DNA of 61,744 bases, the filler included, from Corallochytrium limacisporum Hawaii (taxonomy: Eukaryota; Protista; Pluriformea): the NCBI GenBank assembly GCA_002811645.1. It is 4 parts of 4 records of this genome, joined end to end, with 100 filler letters (N's around TTAATTAATTAA, not from the genome) between each part and the next. Parts side by side here need not be neighbours in the genome. Positions count along the whole stretch, not along the records: positions 53,796 to 61,744 come from PDIP01000094.1; 3 more parts are not named here. The stretch is one strand, 5' to 3'. Positions 54,845 through 61,744 of this stretch are shown here, piece after piece. How positions within the stretch are numbered: the first letter of the stretch is position 1; every line of letters starts with the position of its first letter. Made by a program: the position numbers and the translations under genes. The notes beneath the pieces are model-generated. The model was not told the DNA's origin and made no database searches. It saw nothing but the letters and a program-made list of their open reading frames with translations.

Positions 54845-56440
54845 GGCACAATCCTATGTCTGTGTGATCTCTACGAGAGTACCCTAAAGCACAAACGGCC
54901 ACAGTTTACAGGCTTAAAGTACCTTATACTCTTGTGATTGCTTCTCTATAGTGCACTGTGATACAGTGGTACGTGCCAGTGATACAGAAATCTGTTTGTG
55001 GAAAGTCTGCGCAGTGATTCACCTGAAACCTGCGGCCCACCTCGGTCTCCCAACCGACTCACCACATGTCCATTGCGTGCGCACTGAGCGTTTTCGCGGG
55101 TTGGTTCAGTAGTTCTCCAGCTCGAGGAAACCCTCCGTTAGGACCCGGCCAGGCAAATCCGCACGGGCCAAAGGCTTTGGTGCGCAGTTGAAAATATTCC
55201 GCAGTGAATGTATGGACGAGGGTGACGCGACTGAATTGAACCATCCATTGACCCTCCCCACCAAGTGGAGCCGGATATCAACTGCTGATCATCGGATGGA
55301 TACTATCCACGGGTTGAGTACCCGACCAGGCACTGGAGTCACGACTTTTAAATCGCTAACATATCCGACGGGACGAGTTCTTAGCGAGGCCTATCGTGGT
55401 GCGCATTGAGAGAAATGTTCTGATTTCGAAGTTGAAGGGATCAGTGAATGTGACTGGAAGCACCGTACGTATTCGTACCATTAGGATTTTTCGGTGCACA
55501 GTTCCATGATATGTCCGTATCATGGCATGTACGAACTTCTTGGCAGTAGTGCAGCTTACCCCCGTGACCTAGCTTCGACGGTTCGTCGAAATGAGCTCAC
55601 ACTTGGACTCGCATTCCTTTCCCCCTACCCCCGTGACGGGTATCCTCTTTCCTCAACTTTCTGCCTCAGGCGTCTCTCTCACGGTATAGTGGTTGCCTAC
55701 AAATACAGTTCACGCTTAGACTGTGGTGCAAACCCTGCGATCACCTTCTGGAATGTAAGAAGCGCCCAAGACATAACTGCCGCTTGCCGCTGACACGCAC
55801 CTAGAGAGATTTTATACTATCTGTCTATAGGATACTCTGAATCATTAACTAAGAGAAGGACTTACGGTTGAGCCCAAGCCCCGTGGACTTCGGTGGGACG
55901 GTGGTACCGGAAGAAAACTTGGCGAGAAAAAAGCCACAAAAGCCTGCCTCCCATTAGCTTGGGACCGTCCGGGAAAGGACTGCCCCCCTTAAATGGGGAC
56001 CATTCATAAGGGAGAAAATGAACTGGACAGAAGAAACTGAGCTCAGCCTCGACAATCAGATTTACTGGTTTTGTGCGTAACTATTCCCTAAGTGTGTCCG
56101 GCAGACTCTAAGTCACCGACACCTGACCAAGCACTGCCTGCTCGTGGAGCTCTTGAGGAGATCCTTGATCGGTCAGGTCAACACCACACTAGTCATACAA
56201 GAGCGGAGAAACATAGCTCACCATCATTTCCTTAGCTCACTTCGGGTCATCTCTAAGGGCACCAACAATATTGCGGGTCGCAACCCCAAAATCATACCGA
56301 TCGTTGGCATTCATGCAGTAGTTTCCTGAAGTACGGTCCAGGTATTTACGTGCCGCCAATTCGACGCCATCGTAGATAAGCGTCTGCTGTGGTAAAGTCT
56401 GTAAGTGATACATTAACGCCATCTTAAAGTATCTGTCAAT

Positions 56441-56845
56441 ATGGTAACCGGAGTTGCTAAAAAGACTAACCCTGTGGGCTGGTTTGAGATCTATACCAAT
56501 GATCTTGAAAAAGCACGCACCTTCTATGAATCTCTCCTTGGTGTGACTCTACAGTCGACCGGTCAGAAGATGGATGGATTTGACATGATTATGTTCCCTG
56601 GTGGTGGCGAGGAAGAAGTGTATGGTGCTAGTGGTGCTCTCTGCCGTATGGAAGGCATTGAAGCAGGTGGTGGTTCTACCGTTGTGTATTTCACTGTCCA
56701 AGACTGTGAAGAGACTTTAAACAAAGCCAAAGAGTTGGGAGGAGGTGTGGTAAAGGCTAAGACCGCCATCCCAGGGGGAAAGGGTTTCTTCTCCCTTGGC
56801 AAAGACACTGAAGGCAATGTCATTGGCTTCTACTCTGAGGCCTAA
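56441..56845 (+). CDS. VOC/glyoxalase-bleomycin-resistance family protein, bacterial type
   Basis: NPVGWFEI..DLEKARTFYE, GASGAL, STVVYFTV and KDTEGNVIG. Confidence 0.9.
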   Translation: MVTGVAKKTNPVGWFEIYTNDLEKARTFYESLLGVTLQSTGQKMDGFDMIMFPGGGEEEVYGASGALCRMEGIEAGGGSTVVYFTVQDCEETLNKAKELGGGVVKAKTAIPGGKGFFSLGKDTEGNVIGFYSEA

Positions 56846-57263
56846 ATAATGGGATCATAATCCAACCCATACCCTCGAGCCTATTTCTATCTTTTGACAA
56901 GGTCAGCAATCCAACACATACGATCGAGCCTATCTCTATCTTTGGACAAGATCTCATGCCACTCGTATTCGAAGTGTAGCTGAATCTATGACTGGTTGTG
57001 AGGACAGAAGATATTCGTTTGTTGTCTTTAAGGAACGAAACAACCGTGTTGACCGTCCAAACCTTTACAGTCCAAACCTCCATATTCCGAAATACTCCAA
57101 TAGATTGTTCTAGACCTGCGTTGCCGATGTGGAGCCGATGTGTATACACGTTACAGGATGTTCCAGGGTGGCATCGGCCGAAGGCTTGCGTCCAAACATG
57201 GTACGGGTTCACAAACTTGTGGAGTCCAAGGGAGTCCATTTTACTGCAATTGGCGAGGGGGTT

Positions 57264-58616
57264 CTACTTGGGTGGAACTAAGCGCCTGGACCTATCCTCT
57301 CCTGGCTTATCGTAGTACCCGGATGATATCCAAAGATTCCTATGTACCCCTTCACCGTCCGGATCCGGTTTCACAGCATTCACAGCTACCTCACAGAAGA
57401 GGTCCACTGTCGGCTTTGAAAAGCATTCAAAAGCAGCCCACCTTGACAAAGCATAGACTGCCTTTGGAATGTGTTCATCATGGCTATCGAGACTTCCATG
57501 CAGCACTCTAGTCCAGAAGTTTCGATCCGCCTCATCCAGCAATCTTGGGGTAGAAATTGTGGTCGCCGTCCGCTCCTGTGTCTCTCGCGCTTGTTTCCAT
57601 CTTGCAAGTCGGTCTTTGGTTTTCGACAAACCAGGCATGTTTTGTGCCACCAAGATTGCCATGATGGCACGCCACCAATAAGTTAACGCCAAACATTGGG
57701 ATTCTTCATCAGGAAGGTGAGGCATTATGGATAGAACGGCGTGTAAGCTAGTGAGGCCGTGAACAACAAAGAACTCATTATCTGATTCCAAAACACTCGC
57801 AGCAAGCAATGCCACTGCTTCTTCCACCGCAGAGAACAATGACTTTCCGAGCATAAGAGGACCCGTACTATTGAGAAGCTGACCAAATAGAAGCTCTGGA
57901 TCGTTCGTGGCGAGTACTCGCGCCTGAAATCCTGTGGTGTGGATCTTTCCCGCCTCAAGAGCCTGAACTCCCCATTCGGCAGCGTATTGAGGCAGGTTTG
58001 CCTTCCGAGATTCTTCTAGCAAACGAACAGTAGCATCGATTAGGCCAGAGCCACCGTATTTCCACAACGGTTCTGGCGGAATGTGAGGTGGTTCTGTGCA
58101 GATTGTTCGAAACCTAGTACACCAATAGGCAAGGCCATCTGCAACCATGCTCCCATTCATTACCTCCAAACCATACCCAGTGTGGATCACAGGATGAACA
58201 GCAGCTCCTACTATACCGGGCAGGAGAGTTGGAACATGCTCTTCAACAGTCCGAGATATCCCTTTGTTATGGATTTCATTGTCAAAATACTTGACATACG
58301 ACGGGAAGTTTCTACAGGAGGACTGTATGTGAACCTTCCAATTGCCATTGTTGACCACTAAGCCATCCGGATCCTCCGGTCTTGGAGGTAGTGAACGTGG
58401 TTTATCCGAACCTTCTGCTCCGTGCATGCTATTATATATCTCCTGCCACCACTGCATTTTGGCGTCTGGGACACCAGCAAAGGCTAGGACGACCCAGTTG
58501 TGAGTAATGTGGTTGGAAAGTCGTGCCGTACCGTATTCTATATCCCATTTTCGCGCGCTATCAATGTATTTTGCAACATTAGACCCGATGTTAGGGGCCC
58601 GATAAATACTCAACAT
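57264..58616 (-). CDS. Questin oxidase-like (DUF4243/HypA/AflY-type) oxidoreductase
   Basis: LSNHITH, YVKYFDNEI, LLPGIVGAAVHPVIHTGYGLE, DGLAY, FFVVHGLTSLHA and HDEHIPKAVY. First ATG at 58616. Confidence 0.8.
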   Translation of the reverse strand: MLSIYRAPNIGSNVAKYIDSARKWDIEYGTARLSNHITHNWVVLAFAGVPDAKMQWWQEIYNSMHGAEGSDKPRSLPPRPEDPDGLVVNNGNWKVHIQSSCRNFPSYVKYFDNEIHNKGISRTVEEHVPTLLPGIVGAAVHPVIHTGYGLEVMNGSMVADGLAYWCTRFRTICTEPPHIPPEPLWKYGGSGLIDATVRLLEESRKANLPQYAAEWGVQALEAGKIHTTGFQARVLATNDPELLFGQLLNSTGPLMLGKSLFSAVEEAVALLAASVLESDNEFFVVHGLTSLHAVLSIMPHLPDEESQCLALTYWWRAIMAILVAQNMPGLSKTKDRLARWKQARETQERTATTISTPRLLDEADRNFWTRVLHGSLDSHDEHIPKAVYALSRWAAFECFSKPTVDLFCEVAVNAVKPDPDGEGVHRNLWISSGYYDKPGEDRSRRLVPPK

Positions 58617-60774
58617 GTTTGATCCAATTCCGTGTTGATTTGTAGTTCTCGAATCTCCTTGCAAATGCCTGTTGCTCCGTGCACGCTTTTCCTTTATAGG
58701 TCGACACGGCAATAAGCGATACTCGCAATGTGGCCCCAGACAGTGTGATATCTGGACCAGGACTTAATTTTACGCTTTTACTTCAAACAAGTCCGGCTGC
58801 GGGGGAACTACACAATTCCAAGCTTCATCGTCTGAGCCTCGGTTCCTGGTCAGCAGATTGATAGTCTAGAGCTTATGGTAGGTCAGCACACGGAGTTTTA
58901 GGGTCAGGAATGGGATCAATATATTATGTCGCCCGCCTAGACCCTTCGCTTGGGTGGGAGTCTAATTTCGTGCCGTACAGCAGTTTGTATCCAAAACCCG
59001 AACCGTTTGATGTGTCCTGCAGGTTTAAAGGTGCGCCACCTACCGCAACACCCAAATGACGACTAAGTGGATGGTCTCTTTGATCGCAATTGAAATTCTG
59101 TTGTCCCTACCCACAGGTAACATCTACCTAGCCCTCGGGGCCGACCGAGTATTCACCAGGCCCCGCTGCAGCACCGCGACATAGATCCTCAAAGGGAGAT
59201 GATCGACTCTCCAGGTCTCTGTGACGGGCGTGTTTTTTTGGGAGGACATTTTAGTCGGCAATGGCATACAGTCCCTGCTCCTGTGCCCACTATTGCCATT
59301 TCCAACACCTGCACCAAGGCGAAGAAGGCAAGTAAAGGAATTTCTTATCCAGTTCAGCTCGGCAGTACCTTTTCGTTGGCAACCGCACAAAAGATCCCTT
59401 TCAAGTCGACCTCCCTGGTCATTTTCTCCAGTATTGTCCGGTACTCCGTACCCTAGGGACCAGGACATAAAAAATATGTCGTTGGAGAGAGTCTGTTTCT
59501 GCTTAATTTGTTTGACATCTTTCAGGAAGTCATCAAATTCTTCGTATCCCTCAGAATTTTGGAGACCAATCCCACTATCAAACCAAATTCGGTAGTGAAG
59601 ACCAGTATTGTTTGGTCTTTTGAGACTTTGTGCCATTTGAAACTTTTTGAAACAGAGGGTAGGAATTTAAATCAGGAGCATCTGCGGTGCCGTGAGTACG
59701 ATTGAGGTTTATCGATAAAGCGAACTACAAGGAGTTCGCAAGCAGAAATTAATTCGGTACCTTACCTCGAGGTTTCAAAATGTTCATTTCCAGGTGCTGG
59801 TTCCAGACTTCTTCCCCCGTTCCATGGAGTTGATGTTGCCGGGGGCGGCTATTGTTGGGATTTCTGATGTTTTTGTGGTGGCCATGGTCATTATCCATGA
59901 CCCTGATATCGCTTGGCATCAGATGGTTCCAGATTGTGGATCGTGTTGCTTAAGACCCGTAAACCGGTTAGCCCGAGCACGTCTAGTCGTTCATGAACTA
60001 GTGGTGGCCTGTCGAACCGCACGTGGAAATGGGGCCTCTGTCCTTCCCTCCCAGGGGAGGCTGGGAGGGTGTTTGGAAGGAAGAAGTCGGGTTGTGTCCG
60101 ATCAAAGATGAGACTTGAAGTAGAAAGGCGACATGTACTGTTCGTGATATTCGGATTGCGTCAATGGAAGACTTGATTCGTATTTATCGATACGATGGCC
60201 TTGTCGAACTGGAAAAACGACTCAGTGTTTGGTATCGCTACGGAGTGTCCTTCTGCAATGACGCACCGAATGATGCGCACGGATGGAAAAGGACCCAGGG
60301 AAGGGGTATTGCTACCGTGTGTATCCTTCTGCAATTACGCACCAAAGGATGCGCACGGAAGGGAAAGGTAAGGGGGGGGAGAGTATGCTAGACAAAGAAC
60401 CTCATATCAATCCAGAATTTGATGCTAGCTGGGTAAACTCGAAAGTCTACATTGCCACCTGCACGGTACACAAAGGTTCCAGTTCCAAACTGCGGTAAGC
60501 ATGACTTATTCTCGAAAAGCTCTGACCAAAGTTCATGAGAAACTGGATTGACCTCTTTATCTGCAGTCGAAATCCAGCCCTACACCGTTTAGGGGACATG
60601 ATGGGAGGATTTGCGGACCAGTACGATTGGCATCGTTCTGTTCTTAAAGTGTCAACCACACGTAGACAACTATCAAGGAAAAGTGATTTTCTTATGAAAA
60701 CAAGTTGGAAGTCCTTAGGTATTTAAGGATCTGAGGATCCGACGTGGAAGACAGCGGTGTGAGATCAAACCCAT

Positions 60775-61569
60775 ATGACTCGACAAAGAGTAGTACTGAC
60801 TATTACAATCAAAAGTGATCGTGCCTTTAATCCAAAAATGGCAGCCCTTGCTGAATCTCAAGCCCCAGGCCCTACTGTATTCGAACTTCCGTTCAATGTC
60901 GCCCCTCAGTGGAAACCTATGGATGAGGATGTTGAACACCACAACTGTCAACAAATTGAGAGTGATTACTTCACTGCTACTGCGAATGGTTGGTCGGACT
61001 GTGCCCCAACAGACACATGCCTGAGCAGTGCGACTGATAATGAAGAAATGTGCCAGGTCGACTTTCAAGGCAACCCTGATCTGGAACTTGACCACGATGG
61101 CTTTGAGCTATTCTTCTGTTCCAATGAGAACTTTGGACCTCATGGTGATTGCAAAAAAATTACGAAAGACCTAACTAAGCTTATGGCCAAGGTAAGTACG
61201 TGTAAACTCAAGGACGACCTCATGCAGCCCCGGTTTCAGAAGTTCCAGATAGATTTCAATGGTAAGAGTACGGCCAGGGTCATACCTCAGCTGTGGTATA
61301 CAGACTATGCGGCCTTTTCTCCCCAAAACAAACCAAACTGCTCACCAGATGTGTGTAGAGACAATTTCATGCCATGCACCGAAGTATTCGAACAGTCTAT
61401 TCGCGATATGGCAAAGCAGTCCTCCCCATACGCTGAACGCAAAGGACTCTATAAGATGAAAAGCATCTCAGGCTCGTGGATCAAGCGTTACGTAGTTGAA
61501 AACAGTTTGACTAGTGACACCAGTTTCGCTGGATTTGGGGTCACGTTGTCTTTGGACGAACCGTTCTAA
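60775..61569 (+). CDS. Telomere-adjacent hypothetical Cys-containing protein
   Basis: 264-aa ORF (alternative start MAAL at 60838) with AATAAA at 61688. No recognisable domain. May be the remnant of a longer broken gene. Confidence 0.5.
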   Translation: MTRQRVVLTITIKSDRAFNPKMAALAESQAPGPTVFELPFNVAPQWKPMDEDVEHHNCQQIESDYFTATANGWSDCAPTDTCLSSATDNEEMCQVDFQGNPDLELDHDGFELFFCSNENFGPHGDCKKITKDLTKLMAKVSTCKLKDDLMQPRFQKFQIDFNGKSTARVIPQLWYTDYAAFSPQNKPNCSPDVCRDNFMPCTEVFEQSIRDMAKQSSPYAERKGLYKMKSISGSWIKRYVVENSLTSDTSFAGFGVTLSLDEPF

Positions 61570-61721
61570 GGTGAGCTCCTTCGCATGGTTTATACCATGC
61601 AACGTTTTTTTTTTTGAATATTTCCCACTATCCACTATGCTACCACCACTGTGACACAAGGGGGAGGTGACGGGTTTTGTCTTATCCAATAAACAAGCTT
61701 AGGTGTGACGTTTCAGGCTTT

Positions 61722-61744
61722 GGGGTTAGGGTTAGGGTTAGGGT
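61722..61744. repeat. Telomeric (TTAGGG)n at contig end
   Basis: GGGG(TTAGGG)3T running off the 3' end, with G-rich strand polarity correct for a right chromosome end. Confidence 0.85.

Noticed and set aside
59124-59960. Possible subtilisin pseudogene on the minus strand (IRVMD, HGT, SWSLG, GNSG fragments)
   Set aside because: Motifs are short, discontinuous and lack a GTSMA. This cannot be supported without a profile search.

Overview
This is eukaryotic nuclear DNA, not prokaryotic. It consists of four unrelated assembly pieces (1-31928, 32029-43675, 43776-53695, 53796-61744, in descending length) joined by artificial 100-bp N44-TTAATTAATTAA-N44 linkers, so adjacency across linkers is not biological. 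About 22 protein-coding genes are visible and all appear intronless, including the 3.2-kb leucyl-tRNA synthetase and the 4.3-kb ligase. Housekeeping genes are RPL8, TRAX, TFIIB, TAF7, PAM16, LARS, MLYCD, a CAMK/RCK-type kinase and TMEM243. Accessory genes are GDPD, subtilisin, START, GNAT, a VOC/glyoxalase, a questin-oxidase-like protein, a 2OG oxygenase and a Cys-rich secreted protein. The mix of animal-like and fungus-like genes, TTAGGG telomeres and missing introns suggests an intron-poor unicellular opisthokont such as Corallochytrium (inference only). Two pieces carry telomeric repeats. The most notable items are: (1) a SNM1-type beta-CASP nuclease/UBZ4/UBA/DNA-ligase fusion with the architecture of LIG6, usually described as plant-specific; (2) recurrent intergenic homopolymer islands with C(n)G(n) palindromes; (3) mixed TTAGG/TTAGGG telomere units; (4) a TFIIB with a B-reader W->N change; (5) a 2OG oxygenase lacking two catalytic residues; (6) bacterial-like genes near the telomeres.
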